Shown here: positions 11,473 to 19,081 of the stretch, in pieces
Position numbering within the stretch: position 1 is the stretch's first letter
Layout: each line of letters starts with the position of its first letter
Source of the DNA: Candidatus Electronema halotolerans
GTDB lineage: Bacteria > Desulfobacterota > Desulfobulbia > Desulfobulbales > Desulfobulbaceae
Direction: 5' to 3'
Length of the DNA stretch: 32,000 nt
NCBI GenBank assembly: GCA_942493095.1
Contig: OW818675.1
Coordinates: forward strand, 1,440,001 to 1,472,000
The notes under the pieces: generated by a model
The model's database searches: none
What the model was told of the DNA's origin: nothing
What the model saw: the letters and a program-made list of their open reading frames with translations, nothing else
Position numbers and translations under genes: made by a program

Positions 11473-11496
11473 GGGGCGGCGCAAGACCGCCCCTTT
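11473..11496 (+). terminator. Likely rho-independent terminator of glnA
   Basis: 7-bp stem GGGGCGG (11473-11479) / CCGCCCC (11487-11493) followed by a short TTT run. Confidence 0.6.
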
Positions 11497-11594
11497 CCTC
11501 AGTTGCTCCCGCCTTTTTTCTCTTCTTTCTTCGCAAGATTCCTGCCGCTGCTCATCTGCCGCAAAAAAAATGTTGCGGACAGTGAAAATATTTC

Positions 11595-11623
11595 TTGACA
11601 TCCTGTTTAAAAGAATATAAATT
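11595..11623 (+). promoter_or_regulatory. Sigma70-like promoter upstream of the metalloprotease/VWA gene
   Basis: TTGACA at 11595-11600 followed by an AT-rich -10-like region (TATAAA 11616-11621, or TAAATT 11618-11623 at 17-bp spacing). Confidence 0.5.
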
Positions 11624-11709
11624 TAGCCACTTGTTGAAGTGGCAGCTCAACTGGGTTGAAATAGACAAATTGCTCAATGCCGAGCAGATATAGAATTATT
11701 AGGTGAATC

Positions 11710-14700
11710 ATGAAAAAAACATCAATCATATCTGTATTGCCTATAGCGGTAATATTTTTTATATTGTCCATATCGATCTGTTGTAGCAGTTGGGCATCAT
11801 CGCCAAAGTCAATGGATATAACATTTTCTTTTCCAGATCAAGGAGTTTCTGTAAATAGTCCTGCTCAAGTCAAAGTAAATATATCAGGGGCAAGAACTTG
11901 GAAGGAAGGGAAAGTCGAGACAACAGTGTCTGCAATAAAATTTGTTGATCCAAAATCAACAGCAGAAAATATATCAATTAGCAAGATGCTTAACCTTTCT
12001 TCTTGTAACGGAGCATCTTGTTTTTTTGATATTCCTTTAATTGTTAAAGGTGATGGTGAATATGAGATAAGGGTTGCAATTATTGCGCAGACCGAAAATA
12101 GAGAGATAGGTCGTTCGCGAGCTTTTGGAGTCATTGCTAAAAATGGAATTGTCTGGTTTGGCAGAGATAGTGTTGATCAGGCTGTCGAAGCAAAAATTCT
12201 ACATCAAATTGGTGCAGAATCAAGTTCTGGCAAAAATAAGCAGATATACCAAGAAAAGCTAAAGAAAGAACAAATAGAAAGAGCAACAAGGGCTCGTGAT
12301 AATAATAAAAAAATGTTAATGTCACCGGATGCTGTAAATGCTATCAATCAAGGTGATATAATCATAGTGGATGCACAGTGGATTGGCAATGGCACCACGA
12401 GTCATGGCAATAATTTTCCGATGCATGGTGTAAAAATTACTGTATCTGATAAAAATAAGGATGCCACTGGCAACCCATTATCAGCGAATATCAATGGTTA
12501 TTTGATCAATGGAAATTTTTCATTTACTGCTCCGAGAAACAATTATTCTTATAAAGTTGTAATGGAGACAGTCTTTCCAGGCATCAACGCTGATGGAACT
12601 GTCAATACTGCTGGAAACGGAATAGGTTCATTCCAAGTAGTAAGTGACAGCAGCGGGACAATATATACATGCGAAGCTGAAAACAACCCTTCGATCATCT
12701 GTTCTCAAGCTCAAACAGGAAGTAAAGCGTCTGCCAGTGCATGGTCAGCTTTTCATGGTGTGGCTGAAATGGTGGTTCAAACTAGAAAACAGTTAAGTAT
12801 TGATAAGAAATCAGGATTTGAGGTGATATTTAATATCCCAGGCAATGCGAGTAAATATTCTGCTCCAAATATCAAGCTATTGCTTGATGACCGTTACGAC
12901 TGGGATGTTATTGCACATGAATTTGGCCATGCTGTTGCAGATGAAACTAATGCAACTGATACCAATACAGGTGGTGGTCATGACGGTTCAAACCAATACG
13001 ATTATTCAAGAAATAGCAACACACTTCACAGCAAGAGAAAATCTCTTGAACTGGCAATCAACGAGGGCTTTGGAACTTGGTTTGGTGGAGCATTGATGCT
13101 GAATCCGAGCGTTATGTACAACGGAAAATTTTTGAATATCGCTGATGGAAAATATGACGATACAGAGGAGGATGCAATCCCGGAACTTCATGAGTCTTTT
13201 GAAACGAATATAGATGCGACATATTTTGGCGAAGATACAGAAAACGCATCTTGTCGGCTCCTTTGGGATATAATGGACTCAAATAATGAGGCAAATGCAC
13301 GAGCAACATGCGCAACTTGCAACGATGCAATGAGTCTCGGTCTATCTGGTTTATGGAATATCCTTAAAGGGTCAGGAATATCAAATATTATCGAGCTTTA
13401 CGAAAAGCTTATGGAGAGAAAATGCGCTGCTTCGGTAGGCGATCTTTTACAAACAGGTGAAAATAAAATAAATAACAGTGCGTTGCAGTGTGCTTTCGAT
13501 CTTTCATATACTTTTTCCGAATTTGGGGTCGCGCCATATCTTGAACAGCCAGCACCGCAAACGAAGTTAGATCTTTTGAATGATAAAAGTGGGCCAAAGT
13601 TTGTATGGAGTCAAAAAAAAACAGGCACATTGGAAGGACTGACGGAATTTACACTGGCCCTGTACACTTTTGACTTAAAAACATTGGTATTTAAAAAAAC
13701 AGGAATAACCGCAAATGAATACACATTGACTGAATCCGATATTAAAGACATAAAATCGGCAATAGACGGACTGTCTTATTCTCCCAGCTCGCTATACGCT
13801 GTTATTATAGGAGAAAACGACTATATATTAGAATTGGAGTCAGGTCCGTATTTCAGTAATCCAAAGGAAATAATGATCACTAATGTTGACCGAACAGTAG
13901 TGATTGCTGTCGATAGCTCAGAATCTAACACTACGACAGACCCACAGAATCTGCGAATAGCCGCTGCAAAAGAAACTATTCGGAGTTTAACATCATTTTC
14001 TGAGTCCCAGAAAAATAATACTGCGCATGATTTGGCTGGTGCTGTTGATTTTGACAGCGGAGTGATTGTATTAAGCCAGTTAGATGATCCAGATGCTGTC
14101 ATTCCTAAACTGAGCAGCATCGATTCCTATGGTGGCACTGACATTGCGCAAGGAATTAATACTGCTGTGCAGATACTGGAAAATCTCAACACCGCAGGGT
14201 TAACAGGCCTTATAAAAAACAAGGCTGCTGTTGTAGTTTTTACGGATGGTGAAAATAATGATGGCTCAATCCCAGTAATTGAAGCAATTGCAAATGCGAC
14301 TATCAAGGGAATTCGTGTTCATCTGGGATTTTTAGACCCTTATTCGTTTTTTAATAAGGCTGCATCATTCCCTATCCCTTCTGATGCCCCTCAAGGATAC
14401 ATTCCCCATGAATCCTCCTTTCAGGAAGATAGCACATTGCCTGCAACTATTATTGAGGCTGTATTAGCTTCTGGTGGAGTCTATGCAATTATAGATAATG
14501 CTAATGCAGAGAGAGCATTTGCAGAACAAGTTAAATATCGAGGTATTACAAATGCTGATATTTCAGATCCAGGTGGCCAAAAAATAGCTGGGCAGACCAA
14601 AACTTTTGATCTGCTTACTGATTATATGGAGTCACGGAGTTTCCGGTTTCGCGGTTCCTCGCATGAGAATGTACAAGTTATCGTTGATACAGATGGAAAT

Positions 14701-14934
14701 TTCTGTCCATCTGTACAGGTATTTGACCGTGATGGGAATATTATCGCCTCTGATTCTGATGCTGATTCTGACGGGCTGATTAAACTCAGTTTCATTCTTC
14801 CTTATGCTGGTGATTATTATGCAATAGTAAGATCGCAGGATGGTAATGCAGGTCTGTTTAGCATCTTTATTGATGTGAAAAATCATTTCAGTGGTAATTC
14901 CTTAAATTTCCTGCATTTTCTTCTTTCACACTGA
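11710..14934 (+). CDS. Large secreted protein with zinc-metalloprotease (HExxH) motif and von Willebrand factor A domain
   Basis: 1074 aa; N-terminal signal peptide (MKKTSIISVLPIAVIFFILSISICCSSWA). 'VIAHEFGHAVAD' (HEFGH at 12916-12930, residues 403-407) with downstream 'LAINEGFGTWFGG' as possible third-ligand motif. MIDAS 'VIAVDSSES' (from about residue 731) with 'VVVFTDGEN'. C-terminal PPC-like beta segment 'VQVFDRDGNIIASDSDADSDGLIKLSFILPYAGDYYAIV'. Confidence 0.85.
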   Translation: MKKTSIISVLPIAVIFFILSISICCSSWASSPKSMDITFSFPDQGVSVNSPAQVKVNISGARTWKEGKVETTVSAIKFVDPKSTAENISISKMLNLSSCNGASCFFDIPLIVKGDGEYEIRVAIIAQTENREIGRSRAFGVIAKNGIVWFGRDSVDQAVEAKILHQIGAESSSGKNKQIYQEKLKKEQIERATRARDNNKKMLMSPDAVNAINQGDIIIVDAQWIGNGTTSHGNNFPMHGVKITVSDKNKDATGNPLSANINGYLINGNFSFTAPRNNYSYKVVMETVFPGINADGTVNTAGNGIGSFQVVSDSSGTIYTCEAENNPSIICSQAQTGSKASASAWSAFHGVAEMVVQTRKQLSIDKKSGFEVIFNIPGNASKYSAPNIKLLLDDRYDWDVIAHEFGHAVADETNATDTNTGGGHDGSNQYDYSRNSNTLHSKRKSLELAINEGFGTWFGGALMLNPSVMYNGKFLNIADGKYDDTEEDAIPELHESFETNIDATYFGEDTENASCRLLWDIMDSNNEANARATCATCNDAMSLGLSGLWNILKGSGISNIIELYEKLMERKCAASVGDLLQTGENKINNSALQCAFDLSYTFSEFGVAPYLEQPAPQTKLDLLNDKSGPKFVWSQKKTGTLEGLTEFTLALYTFDLKTLVFKKTGITANEYTLTESDIKDIKSAIDGLSYSPSSLYAVIIGENDYILELESGPYFSNPKEIMITNVDRTVVIAVDSSESNTTTDPQNLRIAAAKETIRSLTSFSESQKNNTAHDLAGAVDFDSGVIVLSQLDDPDAVIPKLSSIDSYGGTDIAQGINTAVQILENLNTAGLTGLIKNKAAVVVFTDGENNDGSIPVIEAIANATIKGIRVHLGFLDPYSFFNKAASFPIPSDAPQGYIPHESSFQEDSTLPATIIEAVLASGGVYAIIDNANAERAFAEQVKYRGITNADISDPGGQKIAGQTKTFDLLTDYMESRSFRFRGSSHENVQVIVDTDGNFCPSVQVFDRDGNIIASDSDADSDGLIKLSFILPYAGDYYAIVRSQDGNAGLFSIFIDVKNHFSGNSLNFLHFLLSH

Positions 14935-15130
14935 TTGTTTGTTTTATGTTGCGGATTCAAGTTCTATGTAATGGTGAATCGTGAGTGATGGGTTGAAAAT
15001 ATGTTGAAATTGCTGGAAAATATAATATACTGGCGGCAAGGGATGCTCTCTGCCCCATCGGCTCTTCGTCGGATGCGGATGTCAAGCCGTCATTATGAAA
15101 AAAACAAACATGGAGAAGAAAGGTAACTGA

Positions 15131-16312
15131 TCACAGCTTACCATCCATCACTTTTTCGCAATGTAAAAAACAAGGGAGGCAGGGGACGGAGCATCTGAGC
15201 GTATCTTCTGAGCAGCCTGAGTCCTCTTTTGAAATAAGAACAGACACTTCTCCAAGTTTTTCTGACGACTGGCGGCAGCTCATGCTGTTCCGCATCCTTG
15301 TCGGCAACGTCGTCAAATCCGAAATTTTCAGTTTTTTTTCTCTTGGAAGCGGGTTCCGCATCCTGTCGCGGAGTCCGGCGAGTACGCACCAGTGCATGGC
15401 GACCGAGAGGATCAGCATCAGTCTGGCGATTCTGTCGGCGCGCTCCAGTTTTGTGTCCTCCAGACCGAACCCCCTGGTTTTGAAATCGCTGAACATGGCC
15501 TCGCATCCCCAGCGCATGCCGTAATCAAGTGTTTTATAATAATTTGGCTCAGTTCCTCCGACTGCCAGCAGCCAAGGCTCATCATGTCCCGGCTCCTGGA
15601 GAATGCTTAAATTTGTCTGAACCCGCTGTTCTGTCAGATAAATATTTTTCATAAGCAGTTCCTTGCGACCTTTCTTTTCAGCAGGAACAAGGTCCGCAAG
15701 AGATGTCTCATCGCCGGCCTCATTGAAAACTTTAAGATTTTCCTTGAGGCGGAGCCGATAATCCCAGCCGCTGCGGTGGCAGAATGCAATCAGCGGCGCT
15801 TGACCGTAAAAACGGTCGCCGAGCAGCAGCACTCTGCTGCCCTCTGGAAGGAATGATTTTATTTTTTCAAGCAGTTCCATGCAGATATCCGAGCCGATAT
15901 TGCCCTGTCCTTTTCGGACCCGCCATAGCAGAGGCAGGGCCCGACCGCCGAAGCGCAATGACAGCGAAAGAATGCCGAAACGGTCGGATAGCTGCGTCTG
16001 GTCAATGCACAGAATCAGCGTTTCTCCCGAAGCGGAGGCCGTCTCCAATGCCTGACGGATGAAAGGCCGCATCACATCATCATTGTCGATTGAGTCTGTG
16101 CTCAGGAAACGGCTTAACCACTGATATCGCATGTCAATCCGTTCTGTTTCCAGCGGAAGGACAGCCGCCATGTCCATAGTATTGCAACTCTGAACTTCCA
16201 AAACCGCCGCCGCGCACAAGCTTAACTTGCGCAGAGGATTCCTGTTAATTCCGGGCAAAACGTCCCGCAGGCCGGACGAGATTTCCTCTGCCAGATGACT
16301 GATCGTGCTCAT
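15131..16312 (-). CDS. IS4-type (DDE) transposase
   Basis: 393 aa; catalytic-type motifs 'LILCIDQTQ', 'LLLGDRFYG', 'MRWGCEAMFSDFKTRGFGLEDT' (Y-(2)-R-(3)-E-(6)-K-like signature). Confidence 0.88.
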   Translation of the reverse strand: MSTISHLAEEISSGLRDVLPGINRNPLRKLSLCAAAVLEVQSCNTMDMAAVLPLETERIDMRYQWLSRFLSTDSIDNDDVMRPFIRQALETASASGETLILCIDQTQLSDRFGILSLSLRFGGRALPLLWRVRKGQGNIGSDICMELLEKIKSFLPEGSRVLLLGDRFYGQAPLIAFCHRSGWDYRLRLKENLKVFNEAGDETSLADLVPAEKKGRKELLMKNIYLTEQRVQTNLSILQEPGHDEPWLLAVGGTEPNYYKTLDYGMRWGCEAMFSDFKTRGFGLEDTKLERADRIARLMLILSVAMHWCVLAGLRDRMRNPLPREKKLKISDLTTLPTRMRNSMSCRQSSEKLGEVSVLISKEDSGCSEDTLRCSVPCLPCFLHCEKVMDGKL

Positions 16313-16400
16313 ATTTCACAGAGTTTGAATAAACGAATTGTTTTTTCAATCTTTTTACTCCGGCGTTCAATCTCTGTCAAGAAAAGTGATGGATGGTAAG
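15137..16400 (-). mobile_element. IS4-like insertion sequence, about 1264 bp between inverted repeats
   Basis: 19-bp perfect terminal inverted repeat: CTTACCATCCATCACTTTT (15137-15155) and AAAAGTGATGGATGGTAAG (16382-16400), flanking one intact transposase ORF. No clear target-site duplication seen. Confidence 0.8.
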
Positions 16401-16428
16401 GATGGCAAGCGGCTTACAGAGAAATTTC

Positions 16429-16457
16429 TTGACAATCATCCGGCAGATGGATAAAAT
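16429..16457 (+). promoter_or_regulatory. Sigma70-like promoter for rpsU
   Basis: TTGACA (16429-16434), 17-bp spacer, TAAAAT (16452-16457), about 70 bp upstream of the rpsU ATG. Confidence 0.65.
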
Positions 16458-16528
16458 AGTGTCCCTTTACACGCACCAAGATGAACACGCAGATGGGGCA
16501 TGCCATCACCTAAAGGATGTGATTTTTC

Positions 16529-16726
16529 ATGATTGAAGTCGAAGTCAAAGGAGACCTTGAATACGCCATCCGCCAGCTCAAGAAGAAGCTGCAGATCGAC
16601 GGCATCAAGCGGGAGCTGAAGCGGCGCGAATACTACGAGAAGCCGAGCATCAAGAAGCGGCGCAAGTCTGCTGAAGCCCTGCGCAAGTTGCGCAAGTACA
16701 ACCGGCTCAGAAACCGACCGTATTAA
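16529..16726 (+). CDS. rpsU: 30S ribosomal protein S21
   Basis: 65 aa: MIEVEVKGDLEYAIRQLKKKLQIDGIKRELKRREYYEKPSIKKRRKSAEALRKLRK..., typical S21. Confidence 0.95.
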   Translation: MIEVEVKGDLEYAIRQLKKKLQIDGIKRELKRREYYEKPSIKKRRKSAEALRKLRKYNRLRNRPY

Positions 16727-16732
16727 GTTCAG

Positions 16733-17707
16733 GTGTTCCAGCCCTGCTGCCGCGCTGCGGCCAGGGCTTTTTCATTTCATTCCTGCCCTGCTATTGTTCT
16801 GGAAACTTCCCCGCTTTTCCTCAGTCTTGATCATTTTCTGCGCCACTTGACAGTGCAGCGCAGGCTGTCCAAGAACACGGTCAACAGCTACGGCTCTGAT
16901 CTTCGTTTCTTCATCAAGTTCCTTCAGGAGCAGGGCATCCGGGAACCGGCCCAGATCAGCCCTGCTGAGGTGCGGGCCTTTCTCAAAGACTGCTTTGCCC
17001 GCAAGCTCAATGCCCGCAGCAATGCCCGGCGGCTTTCCGCCCTGCGCTCTTTCTTTGATTTCCTCGTGGTGCAGGGAACATTGACCATCAGTCCGGCGGC
17101 TGAGATTGATCTGCCCAAGATCGGCAGCCCGCTCCCGGAGATTCTCTCATCTGCCGAGGTTGACCTGCTGCTGGCCGTGCCGGAAGACAGCGCGGCAAAC
17201 CCGCTGGCCTTGCGCAACTGCGCCATGCTCCATCTGCTTTACGCCACCGGCATCCGGGTTTCCGAGCTGGTCAACCTGCCGGTGCAGGATTGCAGCCTGA
17301 GCAGCGGCCATGTCCGCATTCTCGGCAAGGGCAGCAAGGAGCGGATGATTCCCTTCAACGAGGAGGCGGGCCAGCGCATCAACGCCTATCTGGAGCAGGG
17401 CCGTCCAGTCCTGCTGGGCCGGAAAAGCAGCCGCTTCCTCTTCATCACCAGACAGGCCAAGGCCATGACCCGGATCCGCTTCTGGCAGATCATCGGTGAA
17501 ATGGCCCGGCAGCGCGGCATCAGCAAGCCGGTCAGCCCCAAGACCATGCGCCATTCCTTTGCCAGCCACATGCTCGCAGGCGGAGCCGACCTGCGCGCCC
17601 TCCAGATGATGCTCGGCCATGCCGACATCTCCACCACCCAGATTTACACCCATGTTGATGCCAGCCGCCTCAAGGCCGGACACGAGCAATTTCATCCGCG
17701 TGGCTGA
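16733..17707 (+). CDS. Tyrosine site-specific recombinase (XerC/XerD family)
   Basis: SAM-like N-terminal 'LSLDHFLRHLTVQRRLSKNTVNSYGSDLRFF'; catalytic motifs 'ATGIRVSEL', 'GKGSKERMIPF', 'RHSFASHMLAGGADLRALQMMLGHADISTTQIYTHV'. The listed start overlaps a terminator hairpin, so the true start is probably downstream. Confidence 0.88.
   Translation: MFQPCCRAAARAFSFHSCPAIVLETSPLFLSLDHFLRHLTVQRRLSKNTVNSYGSDLRFFIKFLQEQGIREPAQISPAEVRAFLKDCFARKLNARSNARRLSALRSFFDFLVVQGTLTISPAAEIDLPKIGSPLPEILSSAEVDLLLAVPEDSAANPLALRNCAMLHLLYATGIRVSELVNLPVQDCSLSSGHVRILGKGSKERMIPFNEEAGQRINAYLEQGRPVLLGRKSSRFLFITRQAKAMTRIRFWQIIGEMARQRGISKPVSPKTMRHSFASHMLAGGADLRALQMMLGHADISTTQIYTHVDASRLKAGHEQFHPRG
16740..16772 (+). terminator. 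Rho-independent terminator after rpsU
   Basis: Stem AGCCCTG (16740-16746) / CAGGGCT (16762-16768) with GC-rich interior and T-rich tail (TTTTTC). Confidence 0.7.
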
Positions 17708-17802
17708 CCAGCCACGCAGCTTTTCCTTGCGCTGACAGGCAGGCAACAGTACTCTCTGAGAAGAACTTTTTCCTTGGATGAATACCGCCAAACACGCCAG
17801 CC

Positions 17803-19068
17803 ATGAACCGCCGCACCTTTCTCCAGCAGAGCGGCAAGCTCGGAGCCGCCGCCGTGGCTGCTGCCGTGCTGCCCAACTTCGCCGCAGGACATCATACAAC
17901 CAAGCCCACCATTAAAGTGGTCGGCACGCATGTCACCCTGCTGGAACCGCTCCGGCAGCAGGCCGAGCAGGACTTGGGCATCAGGATTGAATTTCATCCG
18001 GGCGGTGATGCCGCCGTCCTGCTCAAGGCGGCCACTGACCCGACCTCGTTTGATCTTTATGAGCAGTGGTCAAACAGCATCAAGGTCCTCTGGCAGGCCA
18101 AGACCATTCAGCCGATTGATATTGGCAGGCTGACTTATTGGCCGGAGGTCAACAGCCTGAGCAAGCTGGGCCGCATCTCGGCACACGCCCGACCCGGTTT
18201 GGGCGATGTGCCGAACAAAATTCTCTATGTCCAGCCGGACGGCGGCCTCGGCCCCAAACCGAGCCGACAGATCAGCTTCCTGCCCTATGTCCATAATGTT
18301 GATTCATTCGGCTACAACTCCGCTGTGGTGCCCAAGGGCATTCCCTACAAGAGCGAAAGCTGGGCCTGGCTCTTGGATGAACGCTGGCATGGCCGGGTGG
18401 CGATAGTCAATTCCCCGGAAATCGGGGTCTTTGACTTGGCCTTGGCTGTGCAGGCCAAGGGGCTGATGCAGTTCAAGGACATGGGCAATATGAGCCGCAG
18501 CGAGGTGGATCAGCTTTTTGACATTGTCATCAGCATGAAGCGGAAAGGTCATTTCCGGGGTGTCTGGACTTCCGTGCCTCATTCTGTGGAGCTGATGGCC
18601 TCTGGTGAGACCGTGATTCAGAGCATGTTTTCCCCAGGCGTGAGCACGCTCAAGGGCATGGGCATTCCCTGCATCTATGCCGCGCCCAAGGAAGGCTACC
18701 GGGCTTGGCACGGCGTGATGTGCCTGTCCCGCGACTGCACTGGCGCACGGCAGGAGGCGGCCTATGCCTTCATGAACTGGTGGCTGTCCGGCTGGCCTGG
18801 GGCCTTCATTGCCCGGCAAGGGTATTATATCTCCAACCCGGAGCGGTCGCGGCCCTTCATGTCCAAGGCAGAGTGGGATTACTGGTACGAGGGCCAGCCT
18901 GCTGCCGAGCCGCTCCAAGGCACGGACGGCAGAATCTCGATTCAGCCGGGCGAAGTCCGCACTGGCGGTTCCTACATCAAACGTTTTGAAAATGTCGCAG
19001 TCTGGAACACGGTCATGGACACCTACGAATACATCCTGACCAAATGGAATGAATTTGTCCTGACTTGA
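17803..19068 (+). CDS. Extracellular solute-binding protein, spermidine/putrescine (PotD)-like, twin-arginine-like signal
   Basis: 421 aa; 'MNRRTFLQQSGKLGAAAVAAAVLPNFAAG' N-terminus (NRRTFLQ resembles a Tat motif); periplasmic binding-protein-like body ('DLYEQWSNSIKVLWQAKTIQPID', 'YAFMNWWLSGWPGAFIARQGYY'). No permease/ATPase genes adjacent. Confidence 0.8.
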   Translation: MNRRTFLQQSGKLGAAAVAAAVLPNFAAGHHTTKPTIKVVGTHVTLLEPLRQQAEQDLGIRIEFHPGGDAAVLLKAATDPTSFDLYEQWSNSIKVLWQAKTIQPIDIGRLTYWPEVNSLSKLGRISAHARPGLGDVPNKILYVQPDGGLGPKPSRQISFLPYVHNVDSFGYNSAVVPKGIPYKSESWAWLLDERWHGRVAIVNSPEIGVFDLALAVQAKGLMQFKDMGNMSRSEVDQLFDIVISMKRKGHFRGVWTSVPHSVELMASGETVIQSMFSPGVSTLKGMGIPCIYAAPKEGYRAWHGVMCLSRDCTGARQEAAYAFMNWWLSGWPGAFIARQGYYISNPERSRPFMSKAEWDYWYEGQPAAEPLQGTDGRISIQPGEVRTGGSYIKRFENVAVWNTVMDTYEYILTKWNEFVLT

Positions 19069-19081
19069 GAGAGACCGCATC

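Noticed and set aside
15138-15506. 122-aa minus-strand ORF overlapping the transposase 3' end
   Set aside because: Same-strand alternate frame within the intact transposase gene; no evidence of programmed frameshifting.
16529-17707. Integrative element anchored by the tyrosine recombinase
   Set aside because: The protein is Xer-like, and no att-like direct repeats, tRNA or phage/ICE genes are visible nearby.
17147-17899. 250-aa minus-strand ORF
   Set aside because: Antisense to the Xer recombinase; shadow ORF.
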